Of a stretch of DNA of 32,000 nucleotides, positions 15,269-23,780 are shown piece after piece; within the stretch, counting starts at the first letter, position 1; the number at the start of each line of letters is the position of its first letter. The stretch is taken from positions 422,490 to 454,489 of the forward strand of contig QQVN01000003.1 of NCBI GenBank assembly GCA_003352285.1, given 5' to 3'. This stretch comes from Thermoproteota archaeon (lineage in GTDB: Archaea; Thermoproteota; Nitrososphaeria; Nitrososphaerales; Nitrosopumilaceae). Both the position numbers and the translations under genes were made by a program. A model generated the notes under the pieces. That model did no database searches. It saw nothing but the letters and a program-made list of their open reading frames with translations, and had not been told where the DNA came from.

Positions 15269-16260
15269 TATACGACAATCTCCAAAATGTTTGGTTTTGT
15301 AATCTTTGGTGGAACATTACGTACTTGTGATCTTAGTTTGACCATTCTCTTGTATGTTCCTGGCACTGAGCCTTTTAGAACAATGTAATCTCCTTTTACT
15401 AATCCAAAATGTTTGTATCCTCCTTCGGGATTTATCTCAAGTTTTTTATCATCAGTGTTGTTCATGATTAGAATTCGTTTATCATATTCTACTCTTTGAT
15501 GTAATCCCATTTGACCTGCACGAGGAACTGTATACATGACGTTTTGTGGTGATATTGGTCCCAATGAACCCAATTCTCTAACAGTTTTTCTTGATTTATG
15601 TTGCTTCTTTTTTGCACCATATCTTTGGATAACGCCTTGCCACCCTTTACCTTTTGTAATGGCTGCAACATCAACACTTCCACCTAACTCAAAAACTTGA
15701 TCAATCTTTACTTCTTTTCCAAGTAATTCTTTTACATAGTTAAACTGCTTTTGAATGTCTCCACCTTTGATTGCTGCTTCAAAGATGTATGGCTTTTTTT
15801 GTTCAATACCTATAACGTTAGGAGATACTGCAACAAGTGCAAAAATTTCTTTAATTCTACCAAGCATTTTTTCTGCTTTTTCTAAAGCTCCCTCTTTGTT
15901 TTTTAATGAGATATGTTTTGCAATGTCCTTTGGAATGTCTTCTGAATAAACATCAAATTCTGCATGTAATCCTGTTGTACTATTTGAGTATCCTCTAATA
16001 CCAAGAACTGTAATTGGTGGTGTAACTAAAACAGTGCCTAAACTAACAAGCTGTTTTCCATGGTTTGGAGTTTTTTCTCTATCGTCAATACTTACGACTT
16101 GAATGCATCCTGCCTTGAATCCTACATGGGCAAGCAATTTTGGCTCTTCTGAATTTACATCTGGCCAAGTCCTAATTCTGGCTTCAAAGCTTTTGGCACG
16201 ACCTCTAGGTAAATATGCCAGACTTCCTCTACGTGGTTGACTGTTCTTTCTATGTCCCAT
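15268..16260 (-). CDS. rpl3: 50S ribosomal protein uL3
   Basis: HRKNSQPRRGSLAYLPRGRA...GKGWQGVIQRYG...GQMGLHQR. First cistron of the cluster. Confidence 0.92.
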   Translation of the reverse strand: MGHRKNSQPRRGSLAYLPRGRAKSFEARIRTWPDVNSEEPKLLAHVGFKAGCIQVVSIDDREKTPNHGKQLVSLGTVLVTPPITVLGIRGYSNSTTGLHAEFDVYSEDIPKDIAKHISLKNKEGALEKAEKMLGRIKEIFALVAVSPNVIGIEQKKPYIFEAAIKGGDIQKQFNYVKELLGKEVKIDQVFELGGSVDVAAITKGKGWQGVIQRYGAKKKQHKSRKTVRELGSLGPISPQNVMYTVPRAGQMGLHQRVEYDKRILIMNNTDDKKLEINPEGGYKHFGLVKGDYIVLKGSVPGTYKRMVKLRSQVRNVPPKITKPNILEIVV

Positions 16261-16287
16261 GGATAAAGCGAAAATGTCGTTAACCCC

Positions 16288-16295
16288 ATTATATA
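16288..16295 (-). promoter_or_regulatory. candidate TATA box (TATATAAT) of the r-protein operon
   Basis: It lies 28-35 nt upstream of the uL3 ATG (16260), which would give a leaderless or very short-leader mRNA. Confidence 0.4.
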
Positions 16296-16363
16296 CCTAC
16301 AAGTCAAGATCCCATGAATTTTGGGATGTTCAATATTAATCACAAGCTGATCATGATGATTGA

Positions 16364-16474
16364 TTATGGTGATAACAAATTGCTTGTCATAGAAATTATT
16401 GAGTATCCTCCAATGATGACACCAGCTATACCTACTATAATTGCTAAAAGAAAAAAATTCTTTTTTTCAGGCAT
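16364..16474 (-). CDS. possible 36-aa single-pass membrane micro-protein (not in ORF track)
   Basis: MPEKKNFFLLAIIVGIAGVIIGGYSIISMTSNLLSP*. GGAG sits 3 nt upstream of the ATG. It lies between the SPOUT gene and uL3 on the same strand. Confidence 0.25.
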   Translation of the reverse strand: MPEKKNFFLLAIIVGIAGVIIGGYSIISMTSNLLSP

Positions 16475-16508
16475 GAGCTCCTTTATGGGATTTTAATTTT
16501 AAATGTAT

Positions 16509-17309
16509 TTACAGGTTAATTATTGATAACGTACCAAGAAGGGCTTCTTCGATACGTACGGTCTCTGTTGCTTGACTTGGGAAAAAATTATAGACTTTGG
16601 AATTTTGCAACGAATTGATCTTATTTCCTAGTAATTCGTAAACTCCACGGTCAATTGCTCCGAAAACTATCAAAATTGGGTCTTTTTCTTTTTTGTACTC
16701 CTGAACCTGTTGTGGTGTGATAGTTTTACCTTTTCTTGAAGTAAGAATTGTCTTTCCATTCCAAGTTCTGATCAACTCATGAAGATTACTTCTTTCTTTT
16801 ATCATATATCCCCAATATTGTTTTACTTCTTCTTTTGTAATCTCTTTAATTGAAAAGTTTGGATAACCTGTTTTGAATTGAACAGTCGCACGCTTTCCGA
16901 TATCGTTTTTTCCAAAGTATGGAATCAATTCGTTAATTCCTATATCTACAAATCTTTTTCCTTTAAAGGGAACTATTACCCCCTCCCGAATATCTCCTGA
17001 TTTAATTATTTTCGGATTGGCAGGAGTTACATGGCTAGGTATCTTTAATGGATGAAGAACTCCTGCATATTTTAACTCGTTTACTTTTGGAAATAATCTT
17101 TTTCTGAGAAATGGTGGCGTTTCAAGATATTTTAAAATGGTAACGAGAGTTGTTTTGTCTTGTTTTGAGCCGTTATCCTGGTAGATGTAAATGTAATTGA
17201 CACCAAAAATTGCGCAAGCCCTTGCAATTAATGAGATCTTTCTTGATTTGTCTAAAAGTGTAGTTTCATCAGAGACACATGAATCAGGTATTGCAATTGA
17301 AAGATTCAC
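16509..17309 (-). CDS. SPOUT-superfamily putative RNA methyltransferase (DUF171/COG2106 type), GTG start
   Basis: LSIAIPDSCVSDETTLLDKSRKISLIARACAIFGVNYIYIY fits the DUF171 N-terminal signature. Confidence 0.7.
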   Translation of the reverse strand: MNLSIAIPDSCVSDETTLLDKSRKISLIARACAIFGVNYIYIYQDNGSKQDKTTLVTILKYLETPPFLRKRLFPKVNELKYAGVLHPLKIPSHVTPANPKIIKSGDIREGVIVPFKGKRFVDIGINELIPYFGKNDIGKRATVQFKTGYPNFSIKEITKEEVKQYWGYMIKERSNLHELIRTWNGKTILTSRKGKTITPQQVQEYKKEKDPILIVFGAIDRGVYELLGNKINSLQNSKVYNFFPSQATETVRIEEALLGTLSIINL

Positions 17310-17342
17310 TTGTTAACTCACAACATTTTGATTTTATGAAAT

Positions 17343-18080
17343 TTATGAGTTTGCAGGATACTTTTCTTTAGCTGTTTTTGCATAAGTAGCTATTTGTTGA
17401 GCTGATACAATTTCAAATTGCTTCGTTGCTGTTTTAATGTGTGCCATACGTATGTGATCTGTACCTTCTTTGTCATCACTTGCCAAGTAAATTCCAGCTG
17501 TTGCTAATGCGGAAGCTTCATCTAATGATATCTCTGGTTTGAAAGTTTTTTCCAAAAAGTCTGTTACTTGATCTGAGTTTGAACCAATTGCCACTGCATC
17601 ATATGAAATGTATGTTCCACTTGGGTCAGTAAGATACAATTGACTTTGTCCTTCACTGTCTACGCCACCAAGAATTAATGCTACTCCGAATGGTCTTACT
17701 CCTGCATATTGGGTAAATTGTTGACATTGATCTGCAAGATGTTTTGCGATTGTCTCTACATCAACTGGTTCATCATAAATTAACTTGTTACTTTGTGAGA
17801 AGAATCTGGCATTGTCTACTTGACTTCTGGCATCTGGAATGTATCCTGCTGCGGCTACTCCTACATGTTCATCTATCTGAAAGATTTTTTGTGCATTTTC
17901 TGATATTTGCAGTTTTCGTGGTTTTTCTTCTACTGCAATGACAATCCCTTCTTTGCTTTTTACACCCACAGCTATGGTTCCGCGACGAACTGTTTCAATA
18001 GCATATTCTACTTGATATAATCTACCGTCAGGTGAAAATACTGTGATTGCCCTGTCGTAACCTTGCTGTGCTGGTAGCAT
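17343..18080 (-). CDS. psmA: proteasome subunit alpha
   Basis: YDRAITVFSPDGRLYQVEYA is the alpha-subunit signature, followed by GTIAVGVKSKEGIVIA. Confidence 0.93.
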   Translation of the reverse strand: MLPAQQGYDRAITVFSPDGRLYQVEYAIETVRRGTIAVGVKSKEGIVIAVEEKPRKLQISENAQKIFQIDEHVGVAAAGYIPDARSQVDNARFFSQSNKLIYDEPVDVETIAKHLADQCQQFTQYAGVRPFGVALILGGVDSEGQSQLYLTDPSGTYISYDAVAIGSNSDQVTDFLEKTFKPEISLDEASALATAGIYLASDDKEGTDHIRMAHIKTATKQFEIVSAQQIATYAKTAKEKYPANS

Positions 18081-18127
18081 TTCGATTTTTTTGATTTGTA
18101 CGTTATTATTAAGTCTAGCCTCATACT

Positions 18128-18550
18128 GTGACCGTGAAATATGATATAGAATTCTCAGGTCATCAAAATATTAGATCTCTCCATCAAAGAACTATTGAGA
18201 TAACAAAAGATTCTACACTTACTCCTAGTGGTGATTGTATTATAGGTGTAAATGCTACAAGTGCATGTAGTGAAATTCCAGAAGAATTAAGAAAAAAACT
18301 ACGAGATTCTAAAACGATAATAAAATTTACTATATCTGTAGGTGATTATGCCTTTGTCATCAATGGGAGAGGACATTCTGAATTATCTCTTACGCATACC
18401 CACGACATTGTAATTAGAAAAAGTGAATTTGTATGTCCTAGAACTCTTGCTGTAGACTGCGATAAAGCATCTGATTCTATTCCAAGAGAAATGATAAAAT
18501 TATTACAAGATCCTAAATGTAAAGGTATTTTTTCAATTGAAGTGGATTAA
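18128..18550 (+). CDS. DUF371 domain protein (GTG start)
   Basis: GHQNIRSLHQRTIEITKDSTLTPSGDCIIGVNA fits the DUF371 signature. Confidence 0.7.
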   Translation: MTVKYDIEFSGHQNIRSLHQRTIEITKDSTLTPSGDCIIGVNATSACSEIPEELRKKLRDSKTIIKFTISVGDYAFVINGRGHSELSLTHTHDIVIRKSEFVCPRTLAVDCDKASDSIPREMIKLLQDPKCKGIFSIEVD

Positions 18551-18930
18551 AAGCCTAAAGGTTGAATGTTTCCATTAAGGGATAATCCACATTCCTCAAT
18601 CTTTAATTCCAATTTTTTTATACAATCTTTTGGAACTGCAATGCAAAATGGAATGAATTCTCGTTCAACTCCGATTTTATTTATTACTGCATTTGCAAAG
18701 TCTTCAAATTGTTCTCTAGTTTTCTCTGAATCTAGCTCTTCACAAATTTTTGCTTCTCCAATGTTGTATGTGTCATTGTCCATATGATATGCTATTACAT
18801 CTGGTTCATGAGAACCAATTTTTTCACATTTTTGAAAATTTCCATAATCTGCAGAGATAATTTTGTAACCATGTGAGTCATAATAGTCAATCAATCCTTT
18901 TACAAGCCTTTCATGCTCGGAATTAGTCAT
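18547..18930 (-). CDS. PD-(D/E)xK nuclease-fold protein (Hjc/restriction-endonuclease-like core), function unknown
   Basis: SEHERLVKGLIDYYDSHGYKII...HEPDVIAY...YNIGEAK. The order E...D...ExK with Hjc-like spacing is a motif-level inference only. Confidence 0.5.
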   Translation of the reverse strand: MTNSEHERLVKGLIDYYDSHGYKIISADYGNFQKCEKIGSHEPDVIAYHMDNDTYNIGEAKICEELDSEKTREQFEDFANAVINKIGVEREFIPFCIAVPKDCIKKLELKIEECGLSLNGNIQPLGF

Positions 18931-19293
18931 GATAATTTATTCTGAAATTACAAATCACATAAAGTTTAGTATTGTTGAAAAGTAAATAGCGTTTGAAACT
19001 TAAGGTCGAAAACGATTGTTATACGACGACAGCTTCTCTCGCTAATTATTGGTACTCAAAATATTATCTAATTCTTAGTATGTTCATCACGCACACACCT
19101 GCCTTTTGAGAACTAAAAGATGACTAAATAGTTTGAAAAATCACACATCATTAGCGTAATAACAAAATTTGCAGTTAAATCTAGTCTATCAAATCTCCCG
19201 TGACCCCAATGCCCAACATTCTCGTTTATGGGGGATTTGGTGGATCTTTTCTCAATTAAATTGAATTTTATAATGTAAAATGTACTTTTGACT

Positions 19294-19416
19294 ATGGGAT
19301 TAAAGTCAAAATTATTGGTTGTATTGCCTCTGGCGATATTTGCTGCTATAATTTTTGGGTACGGGATGTATAATACAATATGCAAAAATTCCAACTTAGA
19401 CATATTCAATTGTTGA
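19294..19416 (+). CDS. possible 40-aa signal-anchor micro-protein (not in ORF track)
   Basis: MGLKSKLLVVLPLAIFAAIIFGYGMYNTICKNSNLDIFNC*. It has a basic N-terminus plus one hydrophobic helix and is antisense to the 118-codon minus-strand ORF 19113..19469. Confidence 0.25.
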   Translation: MGLKSKLLVVLPLAIFAAIIFGYGMYNTICKNSNLDIFNC

Positions 19417-19510
19417 TTTATTTTTGAATTAGATTTGGTAGAAAAATCATCACATGTTGTAAAAACCAATTTAGCATGAATTTCTTATGTTCTAGTGCAT
19501 TACTCCCACC

Positions 19511-19846
19511 ATGGAGAAAAAATCCCTTGAACTAACTGTAAATGAGGATCTAACTGATTTACAAGTAAAAAAAATTCGTGAGTATTTTCGTGATGTTCCG
19601 ATCGATGAGATTCTTTCTGGATTAAAATTTGCAAAAAATAGATGGTCTGCTAAGGATGCCGGGATCTTAAAAGTTGGAAGAAAAAGTATCATACAAAAAG
19701 AAGTTCATTCAGTTACTACTGAACAAGCACAATGGAGATTAAAAAATTGGAAGATGATGATTGCAAATTATCGAAGACGTGGTTATAGTTATCCGACAAT
19801 ATCTAGAATAAAAAAAATTTTAATTCAAAAAAGCAAAAAGAAATAA
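19511..19846 (+). CDS. hypothetical basic protein
   Basis: 111-codon ORF with an ATG start. The stop is followed immediately by T6. No motif recognised. Confidence 0.5.
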   Translation: MEKKSLELTVNEDLTDLQVKKIREYFRDVPIDEILSGLKFAKNRWSAKDAGILKVGRKSIIQKEVHSVTTEQAQWRLKNWKMMIANYRRRGYSYPTISRIKKILIQKSKKK

Positions 19847-19863
19847 TTTTTTCTTTAATGTTT

Positions 19864-20505
19864 TTAGATTAAGGCCTCTCTAGCAGCGATTTCTTTTCTT
19901 AATTCTGCTGGAATCTCTGGGAATTTTGATTTTGCTTCTCCTTCAATTACTGAGTGTGCTTCTTCTAATATTGCAAGGGTTTCAGCATTAGATGAGTGTG
20001 TTGGTGATAATAACTCATCACTTCCAACTGCTGATCCTGATAGTACATCTCCTAGCATTTGTGAAAGATCTTGCATTGATGCGTTTGCTTCTGGCATTAA
20101 TCCTCCTAGTGATGTGCTTAGACCTTTGATCACAGACATACATGGACTTAGTGTAACAACTACATCTCCTAGTTCTGAAACTGTGTTTAATCTAATCTGA
20201 ATTTGTTCCATAGCTAATTTTGCTCCTCCAATCATGTTGTTCATTTTTCTAATTTCATGAAGTTCTGATGCATATGCTCTTGCATAAGCTACATTGTTTG
20301 TTTTTTGAGCCTCAACAATTTTATTGAAAACAAAATCATGCTTTTTCTTAAGTTTTCCATGAATAGAATCTAACTTTAAAATTTGAATCTCTAATTTTCT
20401 TTGCGCATCATCAATTTTGCTTTTTAGTGGGGTATCTGGTTTTACTTTGTCTAGAACCTTCTGTGACAAGTTCGTTTTGTTTGAATCTGTATTCCATTTT
20501 ATCAA
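19864..20505 (-). CDS. cdvB: ESCRT-III/Snf7-family cell division protein CdvB (TTG start)
   Basis: AYARAYASELHEIRKMNNMIGGAKLAMEQIQIRLNTVSELGDVVVTLSPCMSVIKGLSTSLGGLMPEANASMQDL aligns by eye, block for block, with my recollection of the Sulfolobus CdvB core (ARATIYAQEISDIRKM...LKLDTIQEL...). An N-terminal coiled coil is present. Confidence 0.82.
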   Translation of the reverse strand: MIKWNTDSNKTNLSQKVLDKVKPDTPLKSKIDDAQRKLEIQILKLDSIHGKLKKKHDFVFNKIVEAQKTNNVAYARAYASELHEIRKMNNMIGGAKLAMEQIQIRLNTVSELGDVVVTLSPCMSVIKGLSTSLGGLMPEANASMQDLSQMLGDVLSGSAVGSDELLSPTHSSNAETLAILEEAHSVIEGEAKSKFPEIPAELRKEIAAREALI

Positions 20506-20598
20506 GTCTTATTTCCCCGCTAGTGCTTGAAAAATTTCTTTTAAAGAGATCTGTCACCTTAGGTATTGTCACTCCGGTTACACAATATGATAGTTACA

Positions 20599-21720
20599 CT
20601 ACCCGAACGTAAATGTGTAAATCTCAAATCCTGGTTTATCGATGTAAATTTCAAGTAGATGCGCTGATGCAATGTCGCTTTTTATTATGTTGTATAGTCC
20701 ATCTTCTGAAGTATAAAGAATTCCCTCAGATGTAATGTCTAATCCCATATACTCTGAAGGAAGTAATGTCCCATCTAGTTGTATTCTAAGTGTAGCTGGG
20801 TTTGCAGTGACGATATTAACCTCCTTTGCATGATATGGAAGTTTTATGATTCCTGAATCTGATACTAGCTTCATACTTCCTTCCAAATTAGTCCATGTAC
20901 CTTCTAGATAGAAATGATGTTGTTCTAACATTTCTGGCATTGTGTATGAAATATCTTGATTAGGATGAAATCCCTCTGAATTACCTAGTTGATTTCTTCC
21001 TTGGGCAAATTTGTATCCAAAGTATAACTCGGGCGTTCTAAAGGTAGAGTGCTCAAATTCTTCTAAATCTACAAGTTGTTGAGCTGAAGCTACTTGTAAT
21101 CCAAGATTCATTGCCCTTTCTTTCAAAAGTTGTTGAATAACTTTCTCTGTTTCCTCATAAGCTCCTTCCCCAATGTGATCATATCTTATGTATCCTTCAA
21201 TATCTGCAATGAATTTTCTGGGCCAATATCTGTTTTCAAATGCTTTCCAAGTCTCCCAATCATTATCTAGCACTACTGGATAATCTATACCGTGTTTTTC
21301 TACTGCCATTTTTACATTGTTTAGATCTTTTTCAAATTCAAATTCAGGTGAGTGAATACCAATAATTAACAGTCCGTCATCGGAATATTTCTCATTCCAT
21401 GCTGTAATGTATGGTAAGGTCCTAATACAATTAATACACGAATAGGTCCAAATATCATATAGTACCACTTTATTTTCGATATCCTTTTCTAATTGCTCCG
21501 GAGTTGTATTGATGTATTCTGCAATCCCAACAATTTTTGGTGCTTTCTTAAATTTTGATTTATCAATTGTTGTAGTCTGCAATTGATTATCGTCATGAGT
21601 TGAATTTGGCTCAAACTCTGTCTCTAGAGTTGATAGCCATGCACTAATTCCTACAATTGCAACGATTATTACTCCTGCAAAAATTAAAGCTGTTTTAATT
21701 GAACTGTCCAATTTTGTCAC
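20599..21720 (-). CDS. membrane-anchored thioredoxin-fold protein with DipZ-type C-terminal beta-sandwich domain
   Basis: N-terminal TM helix. Redox motif WTYSCINCIRTLPY (CxxC). C-terminal TPELYFGYKF...FYLEGTWTN...IYTFTFG resembles the C-terminal half of mycobacterial DipZ. 4-nt overlap with ccdA. Confidence 0.75.
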   Translation of the reverse strand: MTKLDSSIKTALIFAGVIIVAIVGISAWLSTLETEFEPNSTHDDNQLQTTTIDKSKFKKAPKIVGIAEYINTTPEQLEKDIENKVVLYDIWTYSCINCIRTLPYITAWNEKYSDDGLLIIGIHSPEFEFEKDLNNVKMAVEKHGIDYPVVLDNDWETWKAFENRYWPRKFIADIEGYIRYDHIGEGAYEETEKVIQQLLKERAMNLGLQVASAQQLVDLEEFEHSTFRTPELYFGYKFAQGRNQLGNSEGFHPNQDISYTMPEMLEQHHFYLEGTWTNLEGSMKLVSDSGIIKLPYHAKEVNIVTANPATLRIQLDGTLLPSEYMGLDITSEGILYTSEDGLYNIIKSDIASAHLLEIYIDKPGFEIYTFTFG

Positions 21721-22448
21721 CCTAATAACACCAATTCATTTAGAAGCGGAAAGTTTGCTATTAGCGCAAGTTGATTAGTAAAAACTAGGACTCCAAGAAT
21801 AATGATAAAACTACCTAGGATTAGTGAGTAATATTTTAGATGTTTGCTCATTGAACGTATAACTCGGGTTGCTCTAGAAAAGAATATTCCCAATAGGATA
21901 AAGGGAATTCCTAATGAAAGTGAATATACTAATAATAAGTTAAATGCAAATGCTGGTGTAGTTGCTGCAAGTGTTAGAATAGTGCCTAAGATTGGCCCAA
22001 CACATGGAGTCCATCCCGCTGCAAATGCTAGCCCAAAAACAAATGATAATGGATAACTTGCTTTGGTTCTTTTTGGAAAGAATTTTTTTTCAACATTTAG
22101 AATTTTAATTTTTGATGATAAAATTAAGAATAATCCAAACCCCACAATTATAATTCCGCCAATTTGATTAAAACTATCAATAAAATCAAATGCATTAGAA
22201 AGCGTACTGTTGATGATTACTCCTATTGTAGAAAAAACAACTGAGAATCCTACAACAAAAAATATCGTGTTTAAAATCACATTAGTACGATTAATTGTAA
22301 TTGTTGAATTTCCATTTTTTTGTGCTAATTCTGATACTGTTGTTCCGGAAATGTATGCCAAAAATGCTGGAATCATAGGAAGAATACATGGAGCAACAAA
22401 TGATCCTAATCCTGCAAGTGCTGCTACAGCTAATGTTACCTCAGTCAT
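21717..22448 (-). CDS. ccdA: CcdA/DsbD-type transmembrane thiol:disulfide electron transporter
   Basis: Polytopic protein with the two conserved Cys-Pro contexts: SFVAPCILPMIP and AAGWTPCVGPILG. Confidence 0.85.
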   Translation of the reverse strand: MTEVTLAVAALAGLGSFVAPCILPMIPAFLAYISGTTVSELAQKNGNSTITINRTNVILNTIFFVVGFSVVFSTIGVIINSTLSNAFDFIDSFNQIGGIIIVGFGLFLILSSKIKILNVEKKFFPKRTKASYPLSFVFGLAFAAGWTPCVGPILGTILTLAATTPAFAFNLLLVYSLSLGIPFILLGIFFSRATRVIRSMSKHLKYYSLILGSFIIILGVLVFTNQLALIANFPLLNELVLLG

Positions 22449-22470
22449 AATAGAATTTGATGTTTTTTGT

Positions 22471-22478
22471 TTTAAAGG
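22471..22478 (-). promoter_or_regulatory. candidate TATA box (CCTTTAAA) for ccdA operon
   Basis: TTTAAA lies 23-28 nt upstream of the ccdA ATG (22448), consistent with a leaderless transcript. Confidence 0.35.
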
Positions 22479-22538
22479 ATTGTTCCAAATCTATTCTAAT
22501 TTCTAAGCGTTTTTATCCTATTGGAAAATCATTCCATT

Positions 22539-22643
22539 ATGAATAAACGATTTATTATTGTAGGAGTTGCATTGGGAATAGTAGTTACAATAGCTGTTTT
22601 AGTAGGATCTCCAATGTTCGGTGGATTCGATGCATATCGATAA
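22539..22643 (+). CDS. possible 34-aa single-pass membrane micro-protein (not in ORF track)
   Basis: MNKRFIIVGVALGIVVTIAVLVGSPMFGGFDAYR*. Its stop abuts the convergent bioF stop. Confidence 0.25.
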   Translation: MNKRFIIVGVALGIVVTIAVLVGSPMFGGFDAYR

Positions 22644-23780
22644 TCAAATTACTTTGTATTTTTTTGCCGCCTTTTCTAGAATCTCTATAGCATAGTCAAT
22701 CTGCTTATTTGAAAGCCATGATGTGATGGAAATTCTTAATCTTGCTCTGTTTTTTTTTACTGTGGGATACCTGATTGGCTGAGCAAATAAACCATTTTTA
22801 AAAATAAAATCACCAAATTCCATTGCTGTTTTTTCATTTCCAATTATTATCGGAATGATATGAGTTTTAGATTCTATATTGAATCCTGAACTCTTCAACC
22901 CTTTTACAAATCTATTTCGATTTGATTCAAGTCTCTTTCGATATTTTTTTTGATCTAGGTTAATTCTATCTAAGGAGTATTTGATTAACGATGAAGGCAA
23001 TGCGGATGTATATATGAAGGATTTTGATTTGTTAATACAAAAATCTACCACCTGGTTATTTGATGCAACATAACCGCCAAATGACCCTAATGCTTTACTT
23101 AAACTACTTATGTATACATCGATTTTTTTACTGACTTGAAAATGATTTGCTGTACCTTTCCCATCTCTTCCCATTACAAAATCTCCATGAGCATCATCAA
23201 GAATGAGTATGGCATCATGTTTCTCTGCAAGTTCGGTAATTTCTTTTAAGTTGGCCAAATCTCCATCCATGCTAAAAATTCCTTCTGTGATGATAAATCG
23301 ACGTTTGGAATTGGCTTTTAATTTAGTTCTTAGGTCTTCCATGTGGTTATGATTATAAATTGAAATTTTGGCTTCTGTTAGTTTGGATGCCTCAATAATA
23401 CTAGCGTGATTTAACTCATCAGATAATATCAAATCATTCTTTTCGATAAGACTTGATATGACACCTAGATTTGTCATATATCCTGTTGGAAAGATTAATG
23501 ATCTTTTTTGTGATTTGTGACTAGCTAATCTCTTTTCTAATTTTTCATAATCCATTGTGTTTCCAGAAACTAATCTTGAACTTGATTGCAGCTGCGAATT
23601 CTGTATTTTAGATGGAGGTATTCCCAAGTAATCATTTGAACAAAGATTTAGGAATGTCTTATTTTTGAATACAATTTCGGAACCTTTGATTTTTCCATAT
23701 CTGAGGCGTCTTGTGAGATTGTCTCGTCTGATCTGTTCAAGACTAGATTCTAAATACTCAAATTTATGCTTCAAGCCCAA
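22644..23780 (-). CDS. bioF: 8-amino-7-oxononanoate synthase (alpha-oxoamine synthase family)
   Basis: PLP-lysine motif SSLSKALGSFGGY, plus DDAHG and SMDGD. It overlaps bioB by 17 nt. The assignment within the family rests on bio-locus context. Confidence 0.82.
   Translation of the reverse strand: MGLKHKFEYLESSLEQIRRDNLTRRLRYGKIKGSEIVFKNKTFLNLCSNDYLGIPPSKIQNSQLQSSSRLVSGNTMDYEKLEKRLASHKSQKRSLIFPTGYMTNLGVISSLIEKNDLILSDELNHASIIEASKLTEAKISIYNHNHMEDLRTKLKANSKRRFIITEGIFSMDGDLANLKEITELAEKHDAILILDDAHGDFVMGRDGKGTANHFQVSKKIDVYISSLSKALGSFGGYVASNNQVVDFCINKSKSFIYTSALPSSLIKYSLDRINLDQKKYRKRLESNRNRFVKGLKSSGFNIESKTHIIPIIIGNEKTAMEFGDFIFKNGLFAQPIRYPTVKKNRARLRISITSWLSNKQIDYAIEILEKAAKKYKVI

Noticed and set aside
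8565-16343. About 18 track ORFs of 60-137 aa overlapping the ribosomal protein operon, mostly on the plus strand; two lie on the minus strand (15489..15683 in another frame of uL3, and 16155..16343 across the uL3 start)
   Set aside because: Each overlaps a confidently identified r-protein gene, and their products are S/F/L/I-rich low-complexity strings. uS14 and uS8 explain 9134..9547.
16347-16419. Possible C/D-box sRNA (two ATGATGA C-box-like words at 16353 and 16413)
   Set aside because: No CTGA D or D' boxes lie at the required distances and there is no terminal stem. GTGATGA on the minus strand near 19085-19091 likewise lacks a D box.
16314-16496. 60-aa plus-strand ORF upstream of uL3
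   Set aside because: It has no motif and is antisense to a more plausible, though still weak, 36-aa membrane micro-ORF. The region is more likely promoter or leader DNA.
19113-19469. Calling the 118-codon minus-strand ORF a confident CDS
   Set aside because: It has a TTG start, no recognisable motif, odd composition, and a competing antisense micro-ORF. It is kept as a finding rather than a feature.
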